64,000 nucleotides of DNA, from positions 961,233 to 1,025,232 of the forward strand of contig JADKEK010000001.1 in the NCBI GenBank assembly GCA_016718035.1. The letters run 5' to 3'. Made by a program: the position numbers and the translations under genes. The notes beneath the pieces are model-generated. The model ran no database searches and had not been told where the DNA came from. It saw nothing but the letters and a program-made list of their open reading frames with translations. The stretch comes from Bacteroidota bacterium. Its GTDB lineage: Bacteria; Bacteroidota; Bacteroidia; Chitinophagales; BACL12. Shown here one piece after another: positions 1 through 9,975 of this stretch (the first letter of the stretch is position 1; each line of letters opens with the position of its first letter).

Positions 1-467
1 TCAATGTCACCCGTCGAATTTAATTTCACAACCCAATAATCTTTGGTATGCACACCACCGGGCGTTAAAAAACAATTTTCTGTTTTATCGCCGCCAATTA
101 ATGAACCTGAAGAGCAGCCAACAATACAACCTCCATCCGGAGTAGCTTCAATACAATCAACGTCATCACTGCTCAAGCCACCAATTGAATTTTGCCACAG
201 GATATTTCCAGCAGGATTTAGTTTTAATACCCATGCATCACCATATACCAATAGACCTCCAACCTGGTCTTCAGCTTTATCGCCATACGCTGCGCCACCT
301 GATTCCCCTCCAATAAAAATATTACCGTCATCAGCTACATCTATGGCATATAAATAATCACCGTCTCTTGAACCGATGGTATTGTCCCAATAAATGGTTG
401 GTAGTTGGGCGTGTATAATATTAGTGCTCAGTAATAAACCAACAACGCAATTGAAAATATTTTTCAT
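1..467 (-). CDS. Secreted propeller-repeat protein, N-terminal fragment (gene continues past the left edge)
   Basis: The reverse strand is open from the ATG at 465-467 to the window edge. It is absent from the ORF track because no stop lies in the window. Translation gives MKNIFNCVVGLLLSTNIIHAQ (signal peptide), then LPTIYWDNTIGS...DAWVLKLNPAGNILWQNSIGG...DYWVVKLNSTGDI, the same ~50-aa repeat as the paralogs at 1648-9754. The 43..357 + ORF is its antisense shadow. Confidence 0.75.
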   Translation of the reverse strand, partial: MKNIFNCVVGLLLSTNIIHAQLPTIYWDNTIGSRDGDYLYAIDVADDGNIFIGGESGGAAYGDKAEDQVGGLLVYGDAWVLKLNPAGNILWQNSIGGLSSDDVDCIEATPDGGCIVGCSSGSLIGGDKTENCFLTPGGVHTKDYWVVKLNSTGDI

Positions 468-475
468 AAGCTGAT

Positions 476-1630
476 TTATTGTTTAAATATTTTTTTAAAA
501 AAAGTATTTCCATTTGCTGAAACAGCGATAAAATAAATACCGGAATGTAATGATGAAATATTAACAGCTATTCCTGATAATTTTCCGGATAATATCACCT
601 TACCATTTAAATCACTAATTGTATAAGTTCCTGCTGCTATATTTTCTTGTGAAAAAATAATTATACTATTTGTTGCAGGATTTGGAAAAACCATAATTCC
701 TTCAGCGTTATCACTTGCCTCACCTTCCAATTTACAACTTGCTGTTGTGAAATTTTGCAAAGCGGAAAATTCAGAAAATTCACCACCGCATTTTGTTCTT
801 ATTTTCCATTCATAATCTGCATCACAATTTAACCCGGTTATGGTTCGCTGTTTTGCATTACCGAGTACATTTAATTTAGTCCACCCTCCTACACCAACCT
901 GGCGATACCACAATTGAAATTTATCTGCTTCCTGATTTGGTGCCCAAAGCAGTTTCGCTGAACTTGCAGTAATATTTGTAACACCGGCTATAGAAGGCGG
1001 ATAACAACCACCTGTAGCACCTGCTAAAATTGGTGCAAGGTTACTGGCATTATATGCATAATCATGTATTGTTATTTTATCAGCAACGCTGTCAATACTT
1101 ACCCGTAGCCAACCATAATATTTATTTGGTCCCACTTTTAAGCGCAATGCAGCAAACTGATATTCCGTATCTAAAAATTGTCCATCCGCAGCGACCACAT
1201 TTTCAAAATTCCAATATGCCATCCACGGATTAACACTATTGGTGAGGTCGATACCCGGGCCAATATTTTGAGATGATGTAAATAAATCAACAAATCCATC
1301 ATTACCACCCACAAAATTATCGTTGTAAACAAACAATTCCATTCTGTTGGTATTGTAATTCGATGGCCAGATACTCCAATAAGCTACTTGAGCCATGATG
1401 CCAAAATCATGATTACCATCTGCATTAATATCCAATTCGTAAAACAAAAAATCGGAACAATAAAACTCCTCACCCGGAACAGGAATGCAGGCTGGTAAAG
1501 GGTTAAGGACAATATCCGGGTCTAAATCGGTGTACACAACCTGTCCTGAGAGATTACCTCCCAAAATGAGTGGCACTGCCATTGCTGAGTAGGCCACTAG
1601 TTTAGATTTTCGCCGATTGTTTACATACAT
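476..1630 (-). CDS. T9SS-secreted protein: unknown N-terminal domain + FN3-like module + type-A C-terminal sorting domain
   Basis: 384-aa ORF. The N-terminal domain (VVYTDLDPDIVL...YYGWLRVSI) is paralogous to the 54938..56083 protein. An FN3-like module follows (LLWAPNQEADKFQLWYRQVG...YEWKIRTKCGGEFSEFSALQNFTT). The C-terminus has the Por/T9SS signature (VFPNPATNSIIIF...SGIYFIAV). Confidence 0.85.
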   Translation of the reverse strand: MYVNNRRKSKLVAYSAMAVPLILGGNLSGQVVYTDLDPDIVLNPLPACIPVPGEEFYCSDFLFYELDINADGNHDFGIMAQVAYWSIWPSNYNTNRMELFVYNDNFVGGNDGFVDLFTSSQNIGPGIDLTNSVNPWMAYWNFENVVAADGQFLDTEYQFAALRLKVGPNKYYGWLRVSIDSVADKITIHDYAYNASNLAPILAGATGGCYPPSIAGVTNITASSAKLLWAPNQEADKFQLWYRQVGVGGWTKLNVLGNAKQRTITGLNCDADYEWKIRTKCGGEFSEFSALQNFTTASCKLEGEASDNAEGIMVFPNPATNSIIIFSQENIAAGTYTISDLNGKVILSGKLSGIAVNISSLHSGIYFIAVSANGNTFFKKIFKQ

Positions 1631-1647
1631 TACAGCTTTTAGTTTAA

Positions 1648-3525
1648 TTACTCTTTAACTAATTTTTCAGTAACTATGTTACCATCCAAATTTAATGAAA
1701 TTATATATAATCCGGAAGTTAAATTATTGATATAAATGGTGGTATTTGCCCCTTCCAACACCTGGCTGTAAACAACTTTACCGGTTATGTCCATAAGCAC
1801 CACCATTCCATTCACAAATGTTGTTTCAACACTTACCATAACATGAGCATTCGCCGGGTTCGGATACACCTCTATGAATGAACGTTCATTCATATCAGCT
1901 TCACGTAAGGTTAAAGTCGTAAAATTGTTTAATGCTGTGAACTCCCCAAATTCACCATCGAGACATTTTGTTCTGATTTTGTATTCGTAGGTAGTTTCAG
2001 GTGTTAATGATTTTAATACTTTAGAATTTGTTGTCGTTGTTTTTTTCAACCAGGTTGGTGAACCTACAGGGCGATACCAGATTTGAAATAATTCGATACT
2101 TGGTATTGGATTCCAATAAACAGTTGCTTTTATAGCAGTAATATTATCTGCATAAGCACCAAAAGGAACAGGACAAATTTCAGGTAATAATTTGATGGTC
2201 CAGAAATCGATACCACCAAAACCGGCAACTGATTTATCTCCATTAATTCCGGTACTGCTATAACCACCAAGCTTGTAACCATTATCTGCAGTTACCTGCA
2301 CATCTACTAAATTATCGCTTTTATTTCCTCCGATAGTATTGTCCCATGTAATAACACCGAGTTCATCGATTTTTACTAACCAATAATCATCTAAACCCAT
2401 AGATGCTTCTGTTTTATCGCCGCTTAATGGGCTTGCAGAAGTTCCTGCAATCATATATTCACCATCGCTGGCTTGCATTACTTTATTTACGATATCTGAA
2501 CCGGTTCCACCTATGGTATTTTGCCATTCGATATTTCCGGAAGCATCTAATTTAATTACCCAATAATCGTTACCGCCCACAGCAGCTTCTGTTTTATCGC
2601 CACTAATTGCAGAGTTAGATTTTCCACCAACGATATAACCACCATCTCCTGTTTGAACAATACTTGCAGGAATATCTTCAGTGCTGCCACCAATAGTATT
2701 TTGCCATTCGATATTTCCGCTGCCGTCTAATTTCAAAATCCAATAATCATTTCCAACTGCAGCTTCCGTTTTATCGCCGCTGATACCACTTGTAGATGAA
2801 CCTGCAACGATATAACCTCCATCACTTGTTAAGCTGATATCAAATAAATTATCAGAACCACTTCCGCCGATGGTATTATCCCATTCGATATTTCCGGTTG
2901 CATCTAATTTCACAATCCAATAATCGATAAAACCTTGTCCGGCTTCTGATTTATCGCCGCTCAATCCGCTGTCGGAATAACCACCTGCAATATATCCTCC
3001 ATCAGGTGTTTGGTGAATGATATGCAAATAATCATATGCATCACCACCAATAGTATTTTCCCAAACAATATTTCCGGAAGCATCTGTTTTTACAATCCAG
3101 AAATCCTGCGCACCATTTTTATTTTCCGATTTATCGGCAGTGCTATCGCTGAAAGAAGTACCTCCTAAAATATATCCGCCATCTGCAGTCGGTTCCACAT
3201 TATTTAGGTAATCGTTTTGTGTTCCTCCAATTACATTTTGCCAAACAATATTTCCGGCGCTGTCGGTTTTAATTATCCAATAATCGTAAAGGCCAATTTT
3301 GTCTTCCGATTTATTGCCATTAATTCCGCTATTGGAATAACCACCGATAATATATCCGCCATCTGCTGTTTGGCGTGATGAAGTCAAATAATCTGAAGCG
3401 GTTCCTCCATAAACCCCCTGCCACTCAATGCCGGGTGATTGAGCATTCATTAATTTATTGTTGAATAACAATGTTGTGCTTAACATGATAGTTAAGGCTT
3501 TTCCTGCGTGTTTTGTCTGAAACAT
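1648..3525 (-). CDS. T9SS-secreted seven-repeat (propeller-like) protein with FN3-like module
   Basis: 625 aa. It has a signal-like N-terminus and seven DYW/DFW-containing ~50-aa repeats (e.g. DYWIVKLDATGNIEWDNTIGG). These are followed by an FN3-like module (VYWNPIPSIELFQIWYRPVG...YEYKIRTKC) and a T9SS type-A CTD (VYPNPANAHVMV...GLYIISL). Confidence 0.9.
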   Translation of the reverse strand: MFQTKHAGKALTIMLSTTLLFNNKLMNAQSPGIEWQGVYGGTASDYLTSSRQTADGGYIIGGYSNSGINGNKSEDKIGLYDYWIIKTDSAGNIVWQNVIGGTQNDYLNNVEPTADGGYILGGTSFSDSTADKSENKNGAQDFWIVKTDASGNIVWENTIGGDAYDYLHIIHQTPDGGYIAGGYSDSGLSGDKSEAGQGFIDYWIVKLDATGNIEWDNTIGGSGSDNLFDISLTSDGGYIVAGSSTSGISGDKTEAAVGNDYWILKLDGSGNIEWQNTIGGSTEDIPASIVQTGDGGYIVGGKSNSAISGDKTEAAVGGNDYWVIKLDASGNIEWQNTIGGTGSDIVNKVMQASDGEYMIAGTSASPLSGDKTEASMGLDDYWLVKIDELGVITWDNTIGGNKSDNLVDVQVTADNGYKLGGYSSTGINGDKSVAGFGGIDFWTIKLLPEICPVPFGAYADNITAIKATVYWNPIPSIELFQIWYRPVGSPTWLKKTTTTNSKVLKSLTPETTYEYKIRTKCLDGEFGEFTALNNFTTLTLREADMNERSFIEVYPNPANAHVMVSVETTFVNGMVVLMDITGKVVYSQVLEGANTTIYINNLTSGLYIISLNLDGNIVTEKLVKE

Positions 3526-3534
3526 AGTTGAACG

Positions 3535-5424
3535 TTATTGATGAATAAACTGAATAGTCTGTATTGAGTTTGTATTTTTTATTGTGATATAATACATACC
3601 TGAAGGTAGTGATGATACATCCAGTAATTGTTCGTTGCTATTTGATGTGCATATCATTTGTTGCACACATTTTCCTGTTAGGTCTACAATTTGTAATTGT
3701 GTTTCACCAGAGAAATTACCGGTAATTACCAATTCATTTATGGCAGGATTTGGATACACTTGATAATCACTTTCAAGTAAATCAACACCTGCTCTCACAG
3801 GTAATGTGGTGAAATTATTAATCTCAGAAAATTCGCTGTAATCGCCGGGGTTGCAACTCGTTCTTATTTTATATTCATAAGTAGTTGCAGGCAACAATGA
3901 TTTTATTGTTTTCACATTTGTTGGTGCCGATTTTTTCAGCCAGGCACCATCACCAATTGGACGATACCAAATTTGATAGGATTCCGCAGTGGTGATATTA
4001 TCCCAATGTAGTGTTGCTTTATTTGGTGTAATATTATCAGCGTACAATCCTACCGGCGCAGGGCAAATTTCAGATTCAAGTTTAATCATCCAAAAATCGG
4101 AGCTGGTTCCTCCGACATTCGGTTCTGTTTTATCTCCTGAGAGACTTGAAAACGAGAATCCACCCAGTAAAACACCGCCATCAGCTGTAAGCGGCATTTC
4201 TAATACATAATCGTCGCCATCTCCGCCAATTGAATTTTCCCAGATAATATTTCCATCGCCGTCTATTTTAATGATCCAAATATCTGTTGTGAATTCAAAT
4301 GTGTTGGTTGTTTTATTACCGGAAATTTGTGATGAGGAATTTCCACCAATTAAAAAATTACCATCTGGCAAGATGGTTACACAAGTGGCATAATCGCCAC
4401 TATCGCCTCCATAAATTTTTTCCCACAACACATTACCGTTCGCATCTAATTTAATTATCCAATAATCATCATAACCAAGTCCGCCGAAGGCAGTTGTAGA
4501 TTTTTCACCTGAGGCATCAGACGACGAGGCTCCAATAAGGAGATATCCACCGCCTGGAATTTCGGTTATATCATTTAAATAATCCGGATTATTACCCCCA
4601 ATCGTATTTTCCCATTCTATATTTCCGGATGTATCTAATTTTACAATCCAATAATCGTATGTGCCATAACTGCCCTCCGATTTATCCAGACCTGCATTTG
4701 AATAGGAATAAGCACCTATAATTAAACCACCATCAGCTGTGACTTTCATTTTTTGAAAATATTCACCCTGCAATCCGCTTATGGTTGATTGCCAGATAAT
4801 ATTTCCGACGCTATTAATTTTAACAATCCAAATATCATTGGCATAAGAATATTCTGCTTTATCAATTCCGGCTTCTGAACTTGATTCACCGCCTAAATAA
4901 AATGTACCATCTGCATTTTCAATCAATGAAATCAGGTGGTCATCAAAAATACCGCCTATTGTATTTTGCCAAATTATTTCTCCAGATGCATTGAGTTTTA
5001 TTACCCAATAATCGGAATAAAATGGAGGTCCGAGTCTGCCTTCCGTTTTATCACCTCCAATGCCTGAAACGGAATACCCACCGGCAAGATAGCCCCCATC
5101 GGCGGTCTGAATTACATCGCGGAGCACATCATCTTTATTACCACCAATTGTATTTTCCCATTCAATATTGCCTGCTGCATCTGTTTTTACAATCCAATAA
5201 TCAGTTGTAGCAGATAAACCCATGTTATTTTCTGATTTATCACCACTACTTGCAGAAGTACTTGTTCCACCTAAAATAAAACCACCATCTAAAGTTTTTT
5301 TACAACTATAAATTACATCTTCCTTATTTCCACCAATGGTATTTTGCCATTCGATATCCGGTGCCTGTGCAAATATGTTTGCACTACAATATGTGAATAT
5401 AACAATGAGGGATAATTTTCTCAT
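3535..5424 (-). CDS. T9SS-secreted seven-repeat (propeller-like) protein with FN3-like module
   Basis: The ORF-track frame is 3535..5475. I chose the internal Met start (MRKLSLIVIFTYCSANIFAQ) because it matches the N-terminus of the next paralog and avoids overlapping its 3' end. The protein has seven repeats (TDYWIVKTDAAGNIEWENTIGG etc.), an FN3-like module and a CTD (VYPNPAINELVI...GMYYITI). Confidence 0.9.
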   Translation of the reverse strand: MRKLSLIVIFTYCSANIFAQAPDIEWQNTIGGNKEDVIYSCKKTLDGGFILGGTSTSASSGDKSENNMGLSATTDYWIVKTDAAGNIEWENTIGGNKDDVLRDVIQTADGGYLAGGYSVSGIGGDKTEGRLGPPFYSDYWVIKLNASGEIIWQNTIGGIFDDHLISLIENADGTFYLGGESSSEAGIDKAEYSYANDIWIVKINSVGNIIWQSTISGLQGEYFQKMKVTADGGLIIGAYSYSNAGLDKSEGSYGTYDYWIVKLDTSGNIEWENTIGGNNPDYLNDITEIPGGGYLLIGASSSDASGEKSTTAFGGLGYDDYWIIKLDANGNVLWEKIYGGDSGDYATCVTILPDGNFLIGGNSSSQISGNKTTNTFEFTTDIWIIKIDGDGNIIWENSIGGDGDDYVLEMPLTADGGVLLGGFSFSSLSGDKTEPNVGGTSSDFWMIKLESEICPAPVGLYADNITPNKATLHWDNITTAESYQIWYRPIGDGAWLKKSAPTNVKTIKSLLPATTYEYKIRTSCNPGDYSEFSEINNFTTLPVRAGVDLLESDYQVYPNPAINELVITGNFSGETQLQIVDLTGKCVQQMICTSNSNEQLLDVSSLPSGMYYITIKNTNSIQTIQFIHQ

Positions 5425-5434
5425 ACATTTATTT

Positions 5435-7591
5435 TTAATTTTTAATAAAATGCGTGCTGTTTTGTCCATTTGCATTTTGCAATAAAACGCTATACATACC
5501 CGCTGGTAAATTGCTAATATTAATTTCTAATAATGTTGCTGTAGTATTCATTTGCATCACATTATTTCCAACTGCATCAATAATGGTGATGGCATTTTCA
5601 CCAATAAAATTGGTTAGGATAACAATATTTTGATTAGCAGGATTTGGATAAACAGTCAATTCATTTTGCGATTCGTTATTATTTTCCTTGCAGGTAATAG
5701 TCACCGGAATTGTATTCGAATTTTTATAACAACCAGTTGCTGTTTTGGTGACACGGCATTTATAATTTCCGGCAGTGGTTGCTATATACGCTGTTCCGGT
5801 AGCACCTGCAAGCAAGCCGGCACCTTTATACCATTGATAAGTGCAACCAGCTACAGGAGTTACATTTAAAGTAACACTTCCTCCTGCACAAAATGAGGTT
5901 GGACCCGCTGCCGTAATAGTAGCCGATGGATTTTTATTAATAGTGACACTAACCGCTGCTGAGGTTGCAGTGCCGCATAAATTAGTGGTAACGCATGCAT
6001 ACAAACCAGTTTTGTTGGCAACATAATTTATATCTGTTGCACCGGCAATATTTACGCCATTGCGTGTCCATTGAATAACATCACCGCTAAATTCGGAGGT
6101 AAGTTCAACAGTTGTTCCTTGGCATACTGTTGTGGGACCAAGTGGAATTGCTACTGCATACATGGCCATTCCATCGTCAATCAGTCCATTACAATCATCA
6201 TCAATTTCATTACACACCTCTTCGGTAGGTTCGCAATCGGTTTCCAATTTAATCACCCAAAAGTCAGAACTTGCACCACCAACATTCGCTTCAGTTTTAT
6301 CACCTGAAACAGTTGAATAACTTTGAGATGCAATTACTACGCCTCCATCATTAGCTAATACCATTTCAGCAGGGAAATCATAACTATCGCCACCCATACA
6401 TTTTTCCCATAATTTTACGCCAGTGGTAGTAATTTTTATTACCCAAATGTCATAGGTGCTAGCGTAGGTATTAGTTGTTTTATTGCCACTAATTTGTGAA
6501 TTTGAATTGCCAAGTAATAATATATTGCCATCAGTAGACAGCATTACACTTGCAGGGTAATCTTCCCCATCACCGCCATAAATGGTATCCCATAAAGCAT
6601 TGCCATCTTCATCTAATTTAATCAGCCAAAAGTCGTTATAATTCATAACGCCAAATGCATTATCTGATTTATCGGCAGACATGTTGGATTGAGATGCACC
6701 AAGTATCATATAGCCACCTTCGGGTAATTCGATAACATCGCGCATATAATCACTAATTGTTCCGCCAAAAGAATTTTCCCATTGTATATTACGAGCTGCA
6801 TCCAATTTAATTACCCACAAATCATTTCCACCGTGATTAATTTCTGTTTTATCGCCACTTATTCCGGATAAAGATGAAGCACCAATTAACAATCCTCCAT
6901 CTGAAGTTATTTCCATTTCAACAAATCGGTCGGTAGATGATCCACCAATTACTTTTTGCCAAATTACGGTACCTAAATTATCGATTTCAACCAGCCAGAT
7001 ATCATGGTTAGTAGAAGGGATTGTTTTATCGAAATCGGCAGGTGAATAAGATGTCCCACCTAAAATATAAGTTCCGGATGCCGTTTCTTCAATGTCGTAT
7101 AATTCATCACTTTTAGTTCCACCAATCGTATTTTCCCAAAGGATATTGCCGTCTAAATCTAATTTCACTACCCAATAATCTCCATAACCGGCACCACCAA
7201 TTCTGTTTTCAGATTTATCGACGCTGATATCTGAATCGGACCATCCGCCTAATAAATATCCACCATCAGATGTTTCGATTAAACTACGTAAATCATCCGA
7301 TTTATATCCACCAATGGTGTTATCCCATACAACATTACCGGAGGCATCAACTTTTACTACCCAATAATCATAAGAAGCCGCAATGCCTAAATTATTTTCC
7401 GTTTTATCTCCGGAAATAAATGAATTCGAATTGCCTATTAATAGAAATCCACCATCGCTTGTTGCAAGTGCATTATAACATAAATCAGCAGAGGTACCAC
7501 CAATGGTATTCTGCCATTCGATATCCGGTGCCTGTGCAAATATGTTTGCACTACAATATGTCAATAAAACAATGAGGGATAATTTTCTCAT
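5435..7591 (-). CDS. T9SS-secreted seven-repeat protein with Cys/Asp-rich motif and two Ig-like modules
   Basis: 718 aa. Signal peptide MRKLSLIVLLTYCSANIFAQ is followed by seven repeats. Next come CNEIDDDCNGLIDDG (MopE-like putative metal-binding motif), two Cys-containing Ig-like modules (GPTTVCQG..., GPTSFCAGGSVTL...YQWYKG) and a CTD (VYPNPANQNIVIL...GMYSVLL). Confidence 0.9.
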   Translation of the reverse strand: MRKLSLIVLLTYCSANIFAQAPDIEWQNTIGGTSADLCYNALATSDGGFLLIGNSNSFISGDKTENNLGIAASYDYWVVKVDASGNVVWDNTIGGYKSDDLRSLIETSDGGYLLGGWSDSDISVDKSENRIGGAGYGDYWVVKLDLDGNILWENTIGGTKSDELYDIEETASGTYILGGTSYSPADFDKTIPSTNHDIWLVEIDNLGTVIWQKVIGGSSTDRFVEMEITSDGGLLIGASSLSGISGDKTEINHGGNDLWVIKLDAARNIQWENSFGGTISDYMRDVIELPEGGYMILGASQSNMSADKSDNAFGVMNYNDFWLIKLDEDGNALWDTIYGGDGEDYPASVMLSTDGNILLLGNSNSQISGNKTTNTYASTYDIWVIKITTTGVKLWEKCMGGDSYDFPAEMVLANDGGVVIASQSYSTVSGDKTEANVGGASSDFWVIKLETDCEPTEEVCNEIDDDCNGLIDDGMAMYAVAIPLGPTTVCQGTTVELTSEFSGDVIQWTRNGVNIAGATDINYVANKTGLYACVTTNLCGTATSAAVSVTINKNPSATITAAGPTSFCAGGSVTLNVTPVAGCTYQWYKGAGLLAGATGTAYIATTAGNYKCRVTKTATGCYKNSNTIPVTITCKENNNESQNELTVYPNPANQNIVILTNFIGENAITIIDAVGNNVMQMNTTATLLEINISNLPAGMYSVLLQNANGQNSTHFIKN

Positions 7592-7600
7592 ACATTATTT

Positions 7601-9754
7601 TTAGTTTTTAATAAAATGCGTGCTGTTTTGTCCATTTGTATTTTGCAATAAAACGCTATACATACCTGCAGGCAAATTGCTGATATTAATTTCTAATAAT
7701 GTTTCTGAAGTATTCATTTGCATCACATTATTTCCAACTGCATCAATAATGGTGATGGTATTTTCACCAACAAAATTGCTTAGAACAGCAATACTTTGAT
7801 TAGCAGGATTTGGATAAACAGTCAATTCATTTTGCGATTCGTTATTATTTTCCTTGCAGGTAATAGTCACCGGAATTGAATTAGAACTTTTATAACAACC
7901 TGTTGCTATTTTGGTGACATAACATTTATAATTACCGGGTGTAGATGCCACATAAGAAGTTCCTGTTGCGCCAAATATTAAACCTCCGCCTTTATACCAC
8001 TGGTAGGTGCAACCTGGTACCGGGGTAACATTTAATGTTACGCTTCCACCTGCACAAAACGAAGTAGGTCCCGCGGCCGTTATAGCTGCACTTGGATTTT
8101 TATTAATAGTAACATTAATTGCTTCGGATGTTGTTGTGCCGCAGTCGTTGGTTGTAACACAAGTATACATACCGGCTTTATTGGCAGTATAACTCATACT
8201 GGTTGCTCCGGCTATGTTTACGCCATTGCGTTGCCATTGGATACCATCACCATTGTAATCTGAAGTAAACATTACTGTATTTCCCTGACATACAGTTGTG
8301 GGTCCTAAAGGAATTGCAGTAGCATAAATTATCATACCATCATCAATTATTCCATTGCAATCGTCATCAATTGCATTACACACTTCTTCAGTTGGTGTAC
8401 AATTAGCAACTAATTTTATTGCCCAAAAATCTGCGATGCCATAAAACGGTGTTGTTTTATTTCCTGATATGGGCGACATAGAAGTGCCGGAAATAATAAT
8501 TGATCCATCAGGTGTAATATCCAGTCCACCGGATAAATCTTCACCATTTCCACCAATTGTTTTTTGCCAAATTAAATTACCGCTATTATCTAATTTTAAA
8601 ATCCAATAATCGCCATAAGAAAATCCACCATAAGTAGCTTCTGTTTTATCGCCTGAAATACCTGTCGGTGTGTAACCGCTAATGATATATCCACCATCGT
8701 AATTTTGATGTAAGCCGGTCAATACATCGCGACCAGAACCTCCGATAGTATTTTGCCAGGAAATATTGCCTGATGGGTCTAATTTTACCACCCAATAATC
8801 ATCAGAGCCTAAATTTGCTTCTGATTTATCTCCACTTATACCTGATGATGAATAACCGCCTAATAAATATCCGCCATCGTTCGTTTGAATTACATCACTT
8901 AGTGCATCCATATCACTTCCACCGATAGTATTTTGCCAGGTGATTGTGCCTGTTGAAGTTAATTTCATAATCCAATAGTCGTAAGCGCCATTGGAATTTT
9001 CAGTTTTATCTGCAGAAGCATTGGAAATTGAAGAACCACCAACTATGTAACCACCCTCGGTAGTTTGGCGAATAGTCACCAACATATCGGTAGAACTACC
9101 ACCAATCGTTTTTTGCCAGCTGATATTGCCAAAAACATCCAATTTTAAAATCCAGAAATCGTCGAGACCTTTGCTGGCAGTGGTTTTATCGCCATTTACC
9201 CCACCTGATGAAAATCCGCCCACGATATAACCACCGTCATCGGTGAAATGTAAGGAGGTGCACATATCGTTTTTGTTGGTTCGCAATGAATTTTGCCATT
9301 CAATTGTGCCGGTGCTGCTAAGTTTGAGCACCCAATAATCCTGTTCACCCAAGTTGCTTTCGGTTTTATCGCCGGAAATGCCTGAGCTGGAGTACCCACC
9401 GATGATATAACCGCCATCGGGTGTTTGGTGGGCATCGTATAACACATCGTAAGCAGAGCCGCCTATAGCATTTTGCCATTCAATAGTGCCATTGGCATCC
9501 GTTTTTAGCACCCAGAAATCGGTTGCCCCGTTAGAGTTTTCTGTTTTGTTACCTGTGATGGAAGAATATGAATCCCCGGCAAAAAAATATCCGCCGTCGC
9601 TAGTGCTGAGCGCCACATTCATAAAATCGGCTTCAGTGCCGCCATAACTTTGTTGCCACTCAATTGCAGGCGCTTGCCCAAAAGCTGTAAAGGTTGCTAT
9701 TACGCATGGAATTGATAATAAGGTTGCCCTTTTCGAGAGGAGAAATTTAATCAT
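7601..9754 (-). CDS. T9SS-secreted seven-repeat protein with Cys/Asp-rich motif and two Ig-like modules (paralog of 5435..7591)
   Basis: 717 aa with the same architecture. The C-terminal ~270 aa are nearly identical to the neighbour (CNAIDDDCNGIIDDG ... VYPNPANQSIAVL...GMYSVLL). Confidence 0.9.
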   Translation of the reverse strand: MIKFLLSKRATLLSIPCVIATFTAFGQAPAIEWQQSYGGTEADFMNVALSTSDGGYFFAGDSYSSITGNKTENSNGATDFWVLKTDANGTIEWQNAIGGSAYDVLYDAHQTPDGGYIIGGYSSSGISGDKTESNLGEQDYWVLKLSSTGTIEWQNSLRTNKNDMCTSLHFTDDGGYIVGGFSSGGVNGDKTTASKGLDDFWILKLDVFGNISWQKTIGGSSTDMLVTIRQTTEGGYIVGGSSISNASADKTENSNGAYDYWIMKLTSTGTITWQNTIGGSDMDALSDVIQTNDGGYLLGGYSSSGISGDKSEANLGSDDYWVVKLDPSGNISWQNTIGGSGRDVLTGLHQNYDGGYIISGYTPTGISGDKTEATYGGFSYGDYWILKLDNSGNLIWQKTIGGNGEDLSGGLDITPDGSIIISGTSMSPISGNKTTPFYGIADFWAIKLVANCTPTEEVCNAIDDDCNGIIDDGMIIYATAIPLGPTTVCQGNTVMFTSDYNGDGIQWQRNGVNIAGATSMSYTANKAGMYTCVTTNDCGTTTSEAINVTINKNPSAAITAAGPTSFCAGGSVTLNVTPVPGCTYQWYKGGGLIFGATGTSYVASTPGNYKCYVTKIATGCYKSSNSIPVTITCKENNNESQNELTVYPNPANQSIAVLSNFVGENTITIIDAVGNNVMQMNTSETLLEINISNLPAGMYSVLLQNTNGQNSTHFIKN

Positions 9755-9975
9755 AAATGTGTGTTGTTGTCGTTAAAAAAATCCAACATTTCTCCTGTTT
9801 TCATGAGCAGGGAAATTATGGGGTGTTTCGGTACTAAAAGTAAACAAGTACCTGCGTTTTACCAAAAAACGAGGTGAAAAAACGGCATTTTGTGACATAA
9901 TCGCTGTAAAGGCTTGATTGGTAAGGGTTTGGAGGGTGTTAAATTTGTGGTAGTAAGGTTTGAGGTAGAGGGGAA

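Noticed and set aside
43-357. 104-aa + strand ORF at the left edge
   Set aside because: It is antisense to a much better minus-strand frame that encodes a signal peptide plus the same repeat as the neighbouring paralogs. Its Pro/Ser-rich translation is a typical shadow ORF.
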